Positions 35,548 to 46,272 of a stretch of DNA of 64,000 nucleotides are shown piece by piece. The stretch is taken from contig CAWCKW010000012.1 in the NCBI GenBank assembly GCA_963796285.1, positions 1,664,001 through 1,728,000 of the forward strand, read 5' to 3'. Within the stretch, counting starts at the first letter, position 1. Every line of letters starts with the position of its first letter. Source of the stretch: Nitrospirota bacterium. GTDB taxonomy: Bacteria; Nitrospirota; UBA9217. Under the pieces are notes generated by a model, which worked only from the letters and a program-made list of their open reading frames with translations, did not search any database and was not told the DNA's origin. Position numbers and translations under genes: made by a program.

Positions 35548-38236
35548 TTAATGTCGTTTCATCAGTAGATTCGCCATCTCACTGATCATCGTGAGCGTTC
35601 CCCGATAGCCGACCGTTACCTTCGAAGTGTACCCGAAGGATTTGTATACCGGGAACCCCAGTTCATACAGCGGAATACCGAGTTTATTTGCCGTACTCTC
35701 CGCATGCGAATTCGATATAAGCACGTCATACTCACCCGTGATGGAATAGAGATCTCCTATCCGCACTTCCCGCGCACGGATACGGTCAGCCGCTGTCGAA
35801 AGCGTGGGGATCATTGCCAACTCTACCGTGGCCCCCATTTCATCCAGCCACTTTGAGGTCTGGACCGCAAGGTCCGGTTCAAGGGCGATGCAGATCTTCT
35901 TGCCGCCGAAATAAACGTGGGCGTCCCGCCTGGCATCAACGAGGATCTTCCGCTGCCGTTCGTATCCGGGCGGCAAGGGTCTCCCGCTGATCTCTGCGAG
36001 CGTTTGCATGAGCAGGTCAGAATCCGCAAGCCCGGCAATGCTGTCGAACATCCGGTACACGGTCCCGAACTTTTGCTGCAGCAGCTTTGCCGCTGGTTCC
36101 ATGCTCATACCCAGGCCGATCGTGTACGAAGCGTCGGCCATGGCTGCAAGGTCCGCCATGCTGCCGTCCCCCCTGCCGCAAGGGGAGAAAAAACCTGCCT
36201 GCTCCCGTCCAGTGCAGACAGATCGGGGAGCATAATCGCCTTCAAGCCAAAGGATTCGACAATTTGCCGTATCTCACTGAAATCCGCGGGCGTAAGATGC
36301 GACCCCGCGATTATGTTAATTTGATTCTTCTCATTACGGCTCTCCCCACGGGGAGAGCCGTGGGTGAGGGGGGATTCCGCATTCCGCACTCCGCAATCCG
36401 CAATTTCAATGATCGCCTCCACCGCCCTTGCATACCCCGTCTCCAACCCGCCGTCATAATCCGGAGTCGGAATATGGATCACCTTGCTTTTTGAATGTTG
36501 ACTATTAACTTGTCTCACAACCCGCGCGACATCATCCCCTTTCACCTCCGACAGTCCCGAGGTAAGCACGCCGATAAGCGCAGGATCGTTCTTCTCGATA
36601 AATCCGTCGATCGCGGCAATCAGTTTCTCCTCACTCCCCATGACCACCTCTTCGACAAAGAGCTTGCTCGAAGCCAGGGCAATGGGTTCGCGGAAGTGTT
36701 TTGTCAGCAGCACTTTGCCGAGGAATGTGCAGCCCTGCGCTCCATGAATGATCGGCAGCGACCCGTCTATCCCCTGGAGGGCCATGGCCGCGCCGATTGC
36801 CGGCGAGTGCTTGAGCGGGTTGATCAGAAGTGCTGTGGTTGCGGTTTCGGGATTCGGGATTTCAACTTTGCTTCTCCGGTTCTTCTCTGCCCTGCGACCC
36901 TGTACCCCGGACCCCGGCCTTGTTCATAGAACTTCATGCTGTTGCTGATCTGCTCCGCCAGGTTCACGAGCCCCGCATATCCTGCATACGCAGTATGCCG
37001 TTCCTGGTTCACGTCCACAAAGGGGTACCCTTCCTTGATCGCAAGATACTGGTTCCGTCCACCCGCGATCAGCATGTCCGCGTTCCGCTCTTTCAGAAGC
37101 TTGAGCAGGTTCTTCGGCGTCACGTCCTCCACCAGCGGCGCATCCGGCCCGAGGATCGCCTTCATTTTTTCCTCATCCTCGATCGTGCTCTTTTTAGTGC
37201 CTATTGCCACGACCTCGATGCCGAGGTCGCGCAGCGCGGAGATAAAGGACCAGCTTTTGACTCCACCGGTATACAGCACGGCTTTTTTCCCACGCAGATA
37301 CTTGTATGGTTTGAGCGCTTCTTTGAGCTTCCTCTCTTCCATTTTGATCTGTGCTTCTACCGCCTTTGTAATTTCGGTATCTTCCGGACCCTGGACCCTG
37401 GACCCTGAACCCTGAAGTCCCTCCGCAATGACCCGCAAGGCCTTCGCTGTCTCGGTGCCGCCGAAGAAAGATACCTCCACATAGGGAATGCCGTATTTTC
37501 GTTCCATCTCACGGGCAACGTTGATCAGCGCCCTGCCGCAGACTACCACGTTCAATTTTGCCTGGTGCGCCCAGGTGATCTGTTCGAATGTCGCATCCCC
37601 CGTGATCCTTGAAAGGACCCGGATCCCCGACCTGGTGAGCAGCGGCTCCACGAACCAGAGGTCGCCGGCTATATTGTACTCGCCGATCAGATTAATATCA
37701 GTGTGCGTCATGACGGGCGTCTCGCCGGTCCCGATCACATGCTCCAGCAGGACCTCGCCGGCGATCCGGTTCCCCAGGTTCTTCGGCCCCACGAACCCCG
37801 GAGCATTCACCGGGATCACGCGGATGTCCAGTTCGTCCCCGGCCCGTTTGCACACGGCGTCGATATCTTCTCCGGTCATTCCACTCACGCATGTAGCGTA
37901 CACGAAGATCGCCTTCGGCGTGATCGTCGCGGCTGTCCTCCTGATGGCGTCCAGCAGCTTCTCTTCCGACCCGTAGATGATATCGATCTCGCTCATGTCA
38001 GTGGTGAATCCCATGGTATGAAGTGCGCCCTTGGATGATAGCGCACCCCGTCCTTCCCAGGTATTGCCGCAGCAGGCAATCGGGCCGTGAACGAGGTGCG
38101 CCGTGTCGGCAATGGGCTGGAGGACGATCATGGCCCCGTCAAACGCGCAGGACTCGCCGCCCCTGGCACGACAAACTTTTGACTTGTCATCCGTTGAGCA
38201 ACCGTCTTGTGTTAATCTGTCGATCGTGCTGACCAT
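35548..38236 (-). CDS. nifEN: Fused NifEN FeMo-cofactor scaffold (indels near 36880 and 36150)
   Basis: NifE motifs (CAFDGA, GPKNLGNRIAG, YTGGVKSWS) run into NifN motifs (INPLKHSPAIGA, HGAQGC, HFREPI); the NifN frame has no start codon of its own. Confidence 0.85.
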
Positions 38237-38291
38237 AAGACACTCCGCTATTCCTAAGTTTGGACAAGCCAAATCTGAGAAAAGCCTTCAA

Positions 38292-38373
38292 TCCGCAGAT
38301 TACGCAGATGGACGCAGATTTTAAAACCAAATTCGGACTTTCTTTAATCCGCGAAATCTGTGTAATCTGCGGA
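38292..38373. repeat. CGCAGATTA-type palindromic element
   Basis: TCCGCAGATTACGCAGATGGACGCAGATT ... AATCCGCGAAATCTGTGTAATCTGCGGA. Confidence 0.85.
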
Positions 38374-38429
38374 CAAAAAGTGACCTGAGTAGTTACCTTA
38401 CTTCTCACTTCTTACTTCGTAATCTGTAC

Positions 38430-39170
38430 TCAGATCAAAGCCAGTTCATCCCTGCCATGACGAGCATGACACCGAGCAATACCCGTAAGACCGGACTGTT
38501 GAATCTTCGTTGCCCCCAGTGTCGAGCCGATATATCCGCCGGAAACGACGGCAACGGACCAGAAGGCGATGTGGTCAGGAAATGCGCCGCCCTTCTGAAT
38601 ATATCCTGCCAAACCGGAAATGGAGTTCAGCAGAATAAATGCCGCAGCCACGGCAGCCGTTCTCCGAAGTCCCGCCCAATTAAGAATGATCAGGACCGGG
38701 CTGAGAAATATGCCGCCGCCGACCCCCGTGAGACCGGAAAGGAAACCAAGGCCCCCTCCTACCGCCAGCGACACGCCAATCCCCGGGTACGTTGCTCGTC
38801 CTGGTTCATCCGGGGCGACTTTGCTGCGGAGGATGAGATGGAAAGCTGCGAACACTAACGCAATGCCCACGAGTATTTTGTATATCGTCGTGTCTACGTG
38901 CAATCCGCCGCCGAGGAACGCCATGGGGACCGATGCCAAAGCAAAGGGCCAGAACAATCGCCAGGAAAAATATCCGGCCTTGGCGAACCGGATGGTCGTG
39001 ACCAGCGCCACAATGATATTAAGTGCAAGGGCAGTCGGCTTCATGACCTCGGGCGAGAACGAAAGCATCGCCATCGTCGCGAGGTATCCTGACGCTCCCG
39101 CGTGCCCTACCGTTGAATACAGAAGCGCGATAAAAAAGAAGTATATGCCTATCAGTGCAATGTCATGCAT
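38430..39170 (-). CDS. Sulfite exporter TauE/SafE family protein (probable C-terminal indel)
   Basis: YSTVGHAGASGY, KPTALALN, GLTGVGGGIFLSP, FILLNS. Confidence 0.88.
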   Translation of the reverse strand: MHDIALIGIYFFFIALLYSTVGHAGASGYLATMAMLSFSPEVMKPTALALNIIVALVTTIRFAKAGYFSWRLFWPFALASVPMAFLGGGLHVDTTIYKILVGIALVFAAFHLILRSKVAPDEPGRATYPGIGVSLAVGGGLGFLSGLTGVGGGIFLSPVLIILNWAGLRRTAAVAAAFILLNSISGLAGYIQKGGAFPDHIAFWSVAVVSGGYIGSTLGATKIQQSGLTGIARCHARHGRDELALI

Positions 39171-39280
39171 GGTTAGTACCTGGATGACAGAGGACAGAAG
39201 TCAGAAGACAGAGGGAACCCTGCCCCATCGATTGCTAATTTGTTTTAGTCTGTCCTCTGTGCTCTGTCATCTGTTCTCTC

Positions 39281-40786
39281 TTACCTAATCACATCAAAGC
39301 TCGCCGAACCCTCGGTCTTCCTGTCCAGCTCGTCAAGCACCGTGTTCACCAGCATGGTCACAAGGTTCAATGCGCCCTGGTACCCGATGATCGGCTGCCG
39401 GTGCAGATGATGCCGGTCGAAAAGCGGAAACCCGATACGGACCAGCGGTGTTCCCGTGTCCTGCGTCAGGAACTTTGCATAGGAGTTGCCGATCAGTATG
39501 TCCACGGGATCGGTGAACAGGAGCGAACGAAGATGCCACATATCCTTGCCTGCGTAGACCGTTCCGTTCGCGCCAAAGGGGGAGGAGGCGAGCAGCTCTT
39601 TTGCCTCTGCCTCGAAGTGCTTGTCGCCGTTGGTGCAGACGACATGCACCGGTTCGCCGCCCATCTCCATGATGAGGCTGATCATCCCAAGCAGGATGTC
39701 CGGGTCACCGACAAGGGCGAACCGTTTGCCGTGGACATAGGGATGAGAGTCCACCATGGCGTCCACGACCCTGCCGCGCTCCGCTTCGATCGCAGCCGGG
39801 ATCGGCTTGCCCGTGAGCTTGGACAGCTCAGCAAAGAACACATCCGTGTTCCTGATGCCGATCGGAGAAAGCGTGAGCGTCTTCTGGCCCGATTCCTTCT
39901 GTATGTAATCCATGGTCTTCACGGTCGAATACTTCTGAAGCGCGATCGTGGCAAGAGCGTTTACCGCATCCATGGCGTCGGGGAGCGGTGTGCCGCCGGG
40001 ATAGAGCTTGTACTCGCCCGTGTTCGGCGAATCAAAGGTGTCGCTCACATCCGCAAGCACCGTTGCCTCGATGCCCATCAGTGACATAAGCCGTTTGATC
40101 TCATGGTAGTTGCCGGTATAGGTATCGAAGCCCGGAACAATGTTGATCTTCCCGTTCGATTCGCCTTTTTTGCCTGCCCAGAGCGCTTTCAGTATCCCCC
40201 GCATCATGTTGTCATAGCCCACGATATGTGAACCCACAAAGCTCGGGGTGTTCGCGAAAGGGATGGGCAGGTCCTGGGGAACGACGCCCTTCTCCTTCGC
40301 CGTCTTGATGTAGGAGTTGAGGTCGTCGCCGATCACCTCTGCCATGCAGGTCGTCGAGACCGCGATCATCTTCGGCTTGTACAGGGCATAGGTGTTTTCC
40401 AGGCCTTCGAGCATGTTGTTCAGGCCGCCGAACACCGCCGCATCCTCGGTCATGGACGTGGAGATCGCGGCAAAGGGTTCCTTGAAGTGCCGGCTCAGAT
40501 GGCTCCGGAAATAGGCCACGCAGCCCTGGGCGCCCTGCACAAAAGGCATGGAGCCTTCAAAACCCGAAGCGCAGAACACCGCGCCGAGAGGCTGGCAGGC
40601 CTTGGCGGGATTGATCTTGATGTTCTCCCGCTTGAAATTGAGTTCCTTGTACTCCTCGGTCTTGGTCCATTCCGAGATCTCCTTCACCTTCTCCGCAGGC
40701 CAGCAGTTCTCGAACTCCTTCTTGCGCTCGAACTGCTCTTTATAGTCCTGCTGCTTGAACAGCTCGCTATGGTCTCTGACTTTCAT
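39281..40786 (-). CDS. nifK: Nitrogenase MoFe protein beta subunit
   Basis: INPAKACQPLG, GAQGCVAYF, SMTEDAAVFGG, TTCMAEVIGDD, FPLFDRHH. Confidence 0.97.
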   Translation of the reverse strand: MKVRDHSELFKQQDYKEQFERKKEFENCWPAEKVKEISEWTKTEEYKELNFKRENIKINPAKACQPLGAVFCASGFEGSMPFVQGAQGCVAYFRSHLSRHFKEPFAAISTSMTEDAAVFGGLNNMLEGLENTYALYKPKMIAVSTTCMAEVIGDDLNSYIKTAKEKGVVPQDLPIPFANTPSFVGSHIVGYDNMMRGILKALWAGKKGESNGKINIVPGFDTYTGNYHEIKRLMSLMGIEATVLADVSDTFDSPNTGEYKLYPGGTPLPDAMDAVNALATIALQKYSTVKTMDYIQKESGQKTLTLSPIGIRNTDVFFAELSKLTGKPIPAAIEAERGRVVDAMVDSHPYVHGKRFALVGDPDILLGMISLIMEMGGEPVHVVCTNGDKHFEAEAKELLASSPFGANGTVYAGKDMWHLRSLLFTDPVDILIGNSYAKFLTQDTGTPLVRIGFPLFDRHHLHRQPIIGYQGALNLVTMLVNTVLDELDRKTEGSASFDVIR

Positions 40787-40905
40787 GATGAATCCTCCAA
40801 ACTTTTTTACCGCAGAGACGCTGAGACGCAGAGGGAACCTTAATCAGCTAAAATTCATAAATAAGCATTATGCTTTCTCAGTGTCTCGCGTCTCGCGGTG
40901 AATCT

Positions 40906-42333
40906 CTATTTTTTTCGTCGTATCAAACCCCACGTCGGGCTGTTCACCGTCATGTCCATGTCCCGGGCAAAGACCGGGAACCCGTCGAAGCCGTGGTACG
41001 GGCCCGAGTAGTCCCAGGAGTGCATCTGGCGGAACGGCACGCCGAGCTTGTGATACGAGTACTTCTCCTTGATGCCCGAGCCGACCATGTCCGGCTTCAG
41101 CCTGCGGGTGAACTCTTCCAGCTCATACAAGGTCGCGTCGTCCATGATCACCGCGCCTTCCTTCAATTCCGGATAGGTGCGCTTGTAGTCGTCGCCGTGT
41201 CCGAACTCGTAGCCCGAGGCCACCACTTCCATGCCGAGGTCCTCGTAGGCGCCGATCGTGTGGCGCGGCCGGAGACCGCCGACATAGAGCATCACTTTTT
41301 TGCCTTCAAGCTTGGGCCGGTATTGCGCGACAACCTTTTCCATGAGCGGCGTGTACTTGGCGATGACCGCCTCGGCATTCTTCTGGATCTTTTCGTCGAA
41401 CTTGGCAGCGATCTTCCTGATGCTGTCAAAGGTCTTCGTAGGACCGAAGAAATTGAACTCCATCCATGGAATATTGTAGGCTTCTTCCATGTGGCGGCAG
41501 ATATAGTTCATCGACCGGTAGCAGTGGATCAGGTTCAGCTTGGCCTTGGTCGCAATGCCGAGCTCGTTGATCGTTGAGTCTCCTGTATACTGGGCGATGA
41601 CGCGAAGCCCCATCTCTTCGAGGATCTTGCGCGAGGCCCAGGCGTCGCCGCCGATGTTGTAGTCGCCTATCAGGTTCACATCATAGGGTGTGGTGTTTTC
41701 GAGCTTGCCCTTGCCGAGCACATAGTCCTTGATGGTATCGTTCGCGATGTGATGGCCCAGCGACTGGGACACGCCGCGGAACCCTTCGCACCGCACCGGC
41801 ACGATCGGGATGTTGATCTCCTTTGCTACGCGCTTCGAGACCGCCTCGATGTCGTCGCCGATGAGCCCGACCGGACACTCGGACAGAATGCCGATGCCGC
41901 GGCCGAGCGGGAACAGCCCGTGCAGCTCCTTGATGGCCAGATCAAGCCCCTTGTCGCCGCCGTAGACGATATTCTTTTCCTGAAAATCCGTCGTAATGTG
42001 CATGGTGCCGAAGGCGTCGATCCCGGTCTGGCCGTTGTAGTAGTTCCTGCGCGACCACCAGGAGTACTGGCCGCAGCCGATGGGACCATGGCTGATCGTG
42101 ATCTGGTCCTTCACCGGCCCCCAGACCACGCCCTTGGCGCCCGCGTACGCGCAACCGCGCACGGTCATGACGCCGGGCCGGGATTTAACGTTCGACTTCA
42201 CCTGGCAGGTGCTGCACTGCCCCGTCGGGTCGTTGGCTGCAAGATGCTTGGCCCGCTCCTTCTTCGATTTTTCCGGATATGCGTCCAGGACCTCTTCTAT
42301 CATTTTTTGCGTATCTTTAATGGTTGTGCTCAT
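40906..42333 (-). CDS. nifD: Nitrogenase MoFe protein alpha subunit
   Basis: [47 protein letters not shown]; 475 aa. Confidence 0.97.
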   Translation of the reverse strand: MSTTIKDTQKMIEEVLDAYPEKSKKERAKHLAANDPTGQCSTCQVKSNVKSRPGVMTVRGCAYAGAKGVVWGPVKDQITISHGPIGCGQYSWWSRRNYYNGQTGIDAFGTMHITTDFQEKNIVYGGDKGLDLAIKELHGLFPLGRGIGILSECPVGLIGDDIEAVSKRVAKEINIPIVPVRCEGFRGVSQSLGHHIANDTIKDYVLGKGKLENTTPYDVNLIGDYNIGGDAWASRKILEEMGLRVIAQYTGDSTINELGIATKAKLNLIHCYRSMNYICRHMEEAYNIPWMEFNFFGPTKTFDSIRKIAAKFDEKIQKNAEAVIAKYTPLMEKVVAQYRPKLEGKKVMLYVGGLRPRHTIGAYEDLGMEVVASGYEFGHGDDYKRTYPELKEGAVIMDDATLYELEEFTRRLKPDMVGSGIKEKYSYHKLGVPFRQMHSWDYSGPYHGFDGFPVFARDMDMTVNSPTWGLIRRKK

Positions 42334-42449
42334 GGGGTCTCCTTCAATTTCAGTAATCAGTAGTCAGGAGCCAGTCGCCAGAAAAGCATGGAAGGACTTG
42401 TTAATCATCTCTCCTGACTTCTGACTCCTGTCTTCTGTCTCCTGCAGTT

Positions 42450-43379
<930 letters not shown>

Positions 43380-43410
43380 ATTTCCCGACTCGTTCATTGA
43401 TCAGGTATAT

Positions 43411-43426
43411 AGCAATGCCTGTGCCA
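43411..43426 (-). promoter_or_regulatory. sigma54 promoter of nifH
   Basis: TGGCACAGGCATTGCT; IHF-consensus TATCAATGCATTG upstream; 17-bp boxes at 43526-43542 and 43545-43561. Confidence 0.88.
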
Positions 43427-43626
43427 AGATTTATAATGTAGTGCTTTTCGCATCAATGCATTGATATCATGCCGTCTTTGATTGTTGGAGGGGCTATGAC
43501 CTGCGAGGATAAGTAAATCCATGAACGCCGTGCTTTTAATCACCGGCATAGAAAATAGACACGAAGAGTGATGAAGGAGACCGGAGAAACGATCGCGGAG
43601 ATGAGCCAGGCAGATTCATTCAAATC

Positions 43627-43655
43627 TTGACAAAGGGACTGCGAACCGTTATGAT
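43627..43655 (+). promoter_or_regulatory. sigma70 promoter of the beta-barrel gene
   Basis: TTGACA-N17-TATGAT. Confidence 0.75.
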
Positions 43656-43719
43656 TTCCAACCTGTCTCAGCGCGGAGCCCGGGAAATAACGCTCCGTTC
43701 GTTTATGTACGAGGTGATC

Positions 43720-44742
43720 GTGAAGTCAATAACAATACCTTTGTTTCTTTTTCTGTTATTCTTTCTGTTCCCGTTTATCGTCTTTGCATGGGATATCAAC
43801 GGCCATGATGATGACTATGCGGAGATCAATTCCGCGATAGGTCTCCAGGGATGGTTCTCCCAGGCAGACGCGAAGTGGCAGATATCTTTTCCCTACACCA
43901 CCAGCACCGGTGTCGGGGGGAAGATCGAATCAAGACTGGATTACAAAAAGATCGATAGTCCTCTGGTCATCGCAATGGCAGCTGGGAAGGTAGCTCCGCT
44001 ATTAGCATTCGATGTGGTGTATGGATATGGGTCGATCACAGGAGGCCGGGGAACGGATACAGACCGTTTTCTTCCGTCGTCGGGTGGAGGCCTTGAATTC
44101 TCGCAATCAACAAACAGACTCGACGGCGACACGCGACTCTGGGGCTTAAACTTATACTATAATAGCAGGCAGTTTGGTGATAAGCAGGCCGGCCCGTGGG
44201 GCCTTGTCCTCGGTTTTCTCCATTACGGAGACAACCTTCGGATGACGAGCGCCGTTCAAACAGTTTCTGTGCCCTTTGACGGATCCACCTTCCCGCCGGT
44301 CGGTCCCTTTCCTTCGACACAGGTGCTCAACTCTACCTATGACTTTTCCTGGGACCTGTTGAAGGTGGGCGTCGTGCACCAGGCTGATCTGGCAAAAGGC
44401 TTTTCCTATTCCGGCTCGCTCTCGGTCTATCCCTATGTGGACTATCACGGCGAGGGCTTCTGGAACCTGCGTGCCGGAACGAGTTCATTGGATTTCCGGC
44501 TTCAGTCACCGAACTTTACTCAGAAATCAAACGCGGGGTACGGTTACGAAGCATCGCTGGGGTTGGCATATGAGCTATCGGAAAATTGGGAACTGTCGGC
44601 GGGGTACCGGTATATGTACCTCTACGCGGGCAACGGGACCGATACGGTCTATTTCGCCGATGGATCCGCGGTGCAGTCAGCTCTCGACTGGGTAACGGTC
44701 ACCCGGCATGGGGCGTATGCGCAGTTGTTGGTAAAATTCTGA
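43720..44742 (+). CDS. Outer-membrane beta-barrel protein, omptin-like
   Basis: GTG start after AGGTG; signal peptide; SRLDY, G.G.DTD, alternating beta-strands; terminal F. Confidence 0.65.
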   Translation: MKSITIPLFLFLLFFLFPFIVFAWDINGHDDDYAEINSAIGLQGWFSQADAKWQISFPYTTSTGVGGKIESRLDYKKIDSPLVIAMAAGKVAPLLAFDVVYGYGSITGGRGTDTDRFLPSSGGGLEFSQSTNRLDGDTRLWGLNLYYNSRQFGDKQAGPWGLVLGFLHYGDNLRMTSAVQTVSVPFDGSTFPPVGPFPSTQVLNSTYDFSWDLLKVGVVHQADLAKGFSYSGSLSVYPYVDYHGEGFWNLRAGTSSLDFRLQSPNFTQKSNAGYGYEASLGLAYELSENWELSAGYRYMYLYAGNGTDTVYFADGSAVQSALDWVTVTRHGAYAQLLVKF

Positions 44743-44754
44743 TGGAGCGTAAAG

Positions 44755-45585
44755 CTATAATCTTGGCAATGGATCGGACAACGTACCGCCGAGACTGAAC
44801 TGATAGAATCCATCAGCGTCCTTGTTCTTGAAGAGAGAAAAGATCCCCGCCTGTTCCGTCGCCAGCCGCTCCGACGGCTTGAGCTTCACCGTCAGGTTGA
44901 GCGTGCCGCGATCGCGCAGGACCAGGTCCCCCAGACAGCGGACCTTCAGTTCCTTACCCTCGAGCTCCATCTTTTTGATCGTCAGGCGGTCACCTTTTAG
45001 CTCCGCCTCAAGCCAGCACTGTTCAAAGTCAAGGTCCGGGATGGGAAATCCCTTGATCTTCAGCTCCCGGGAGGTCAGCCCTTTGAGCCAAAGCCTCCCC
45101 TTGCCCATGTCGCCGGTCATCTCGAAATTCCCGCCGAGTTTACCGGACAGCTTGAGCCCAAAATCCTTCAGCATTGCATAGGATCCGATATCCAGACCGT
45201 CCGCGTCAACCAGAAGGGTTTGCCTGCCCGGCCCCTGTTGCGTCTTAACGAGGAGCACCCCGCCATAGGCCTGGCCCTTCATGTCCAGCGAGAGCCGCCC
45301 GCGAAGAGCGCTGAAGAGCGAGACCGTTGTCCCGATGGAGGGGCTTTCGAACAGGACCTTGCCGCCCTTGACCGAAACAACCACGTCGGAAAGCACAAAG
45401 CGGTTGAAGAACCGAGGCGAGATGCGGGCAACAGAGAGCTCGACCGGCGTGCGCAGGCGGACCTCGGACTCCAGCCTCGTCCTGACCCGGTCAAAGGGGA
45501 AGAGCAGGAGGAGAAACACCAGAAATACCGCGATAAAATATGCGGTAAATGATAGCCATCGGATGATTATTTTTTTGTCTGGCAT
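44755..45585 (-). CDS. gspN: Type II secretion protein GspN
   Basis: N-terminal TM, LFPFD motif, ends GTLSDP; last gene of the gsp operon. Confidence 0.8.
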   Translation of the reverse strand: MPDKKIIIRWLSFTAYFIAVFLVFLLLLFPFDRVRTRLESEVRLRTPVELSVARISPRFFNRFVLSDVVVSVKGGKVLFESPSIGTTVSLFSALRGRLSLDMKGQAYGGVLLVKTQQGPGRQTLLVDADGLDIGSYAMLKDFGLKLSGKLGGNFEMTGDMGKGRLWLKGLTSRELKIKGFPIPDLDFEQCWLEAELKGDRLTIKKMELEGKELKVRCLGDLVLRDRGTLNLTVKLKPSERLATEQAGIFSLFKNKDADGFYQFSLGGTLSDPLPRL

Positions 45586-45755
45586 GGTCAATGATTCATT
45601 CTCTCGACAAAAGCAACCGTATCGTGCCATAGAGCACACAGAGGAGCCGGAGGAAAGCATTGCATCAAGATACGGGACAATGATACCTAATCAGCGTAAA
45701 TCTGTGTCAAAGGACCGGGTATTCTCTATGACCTCGGCGGCTGAACGCTGTTGTC

Positions 45756-46256
45756 CTACTCGGCGCTTGAGACAAGGATAGTCGAGTTCAGCAGTTTGGG
45801 ATTATCATACCGGGGTTTGAAATTCATTTTTTTGATCCGAAGCCCGTCTTTCTCGAGCAGATAGACGTAATTTACGATGTCGTAGAGCGTAATGTTGTCG
45901 AGCCTGATCTCGACGATGCTCTCCTTGAATGCCTCGGTCTGGACGCCGGGCTGCGGTTTGAGCGACACCATCTTACTGTTCAGGTTCGCCCGCTTGGTGA
46001 GGTTCTCGATCTCGGTCAGCAATGGACCGCGCTTCGCGGCAGTGTCCTGCGCCTGCTGCAGACGCTGCTTCATCTCGAGATACTGGTCCTTAAGCTCACG
46101 TATCTCCACAAGGTCCCGCTCCTTTTTCGGGATCAGGTCCCGTTTGCGGGTCAGTTCGGATGTCAGCGGAGACACCACAAAGGCGTAGAGCACGATGATG
46201 AGCGCTGCTATCGCGCCGACGATGAGCGTCTTTTTGTCTTTTGGTTCAAGTTTCAC
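45756..46256 (-). CDS. gspM: Type II secretion protein GspM
   Basis: TM, coiled coil and ferredoxin-like domain; position after gspL. Confidence 0.75.
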   Translation of the reverse strand: MKLEPKDKKTLIVGAIAALIIVLYAFVVSPLTSELTRKRDLIPKKERDLVEIRELKDQYLEMKQRLQQAQDTAAKRGPLLTEIENLTKRANLNSKMVSLKPQPGVQTEAFKESIVEIRLDNITLYDIVNYVYLLEKDGLRIKKMNFKPRYDNPKLLNSTILVSSAE

Positions 46257-46272
46257 GGAATACCTCTGCGAA

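Noticed and set aside
36824-36826. TGA at the end of the NifE frame as a selenocysteine codon
   Set aside because: NifN continues in a different frame and there is no SECIS. An indel in the fusion linker explains it.
39281-42333. Alternative (V or Fe-only) nitrogenase
   Set aside because: There is no G subunit between D and K, and NifD carries Mo-type motifs ([14 protein letters not shown]).
43380-43400. CGTTCATT resembling the start of the glnA glutamine riboswitch upstream of nifH
   Set aside because: It is on the strand opposite the nifH transcript, and the downstream GGAAG/GAACG elements are missing.
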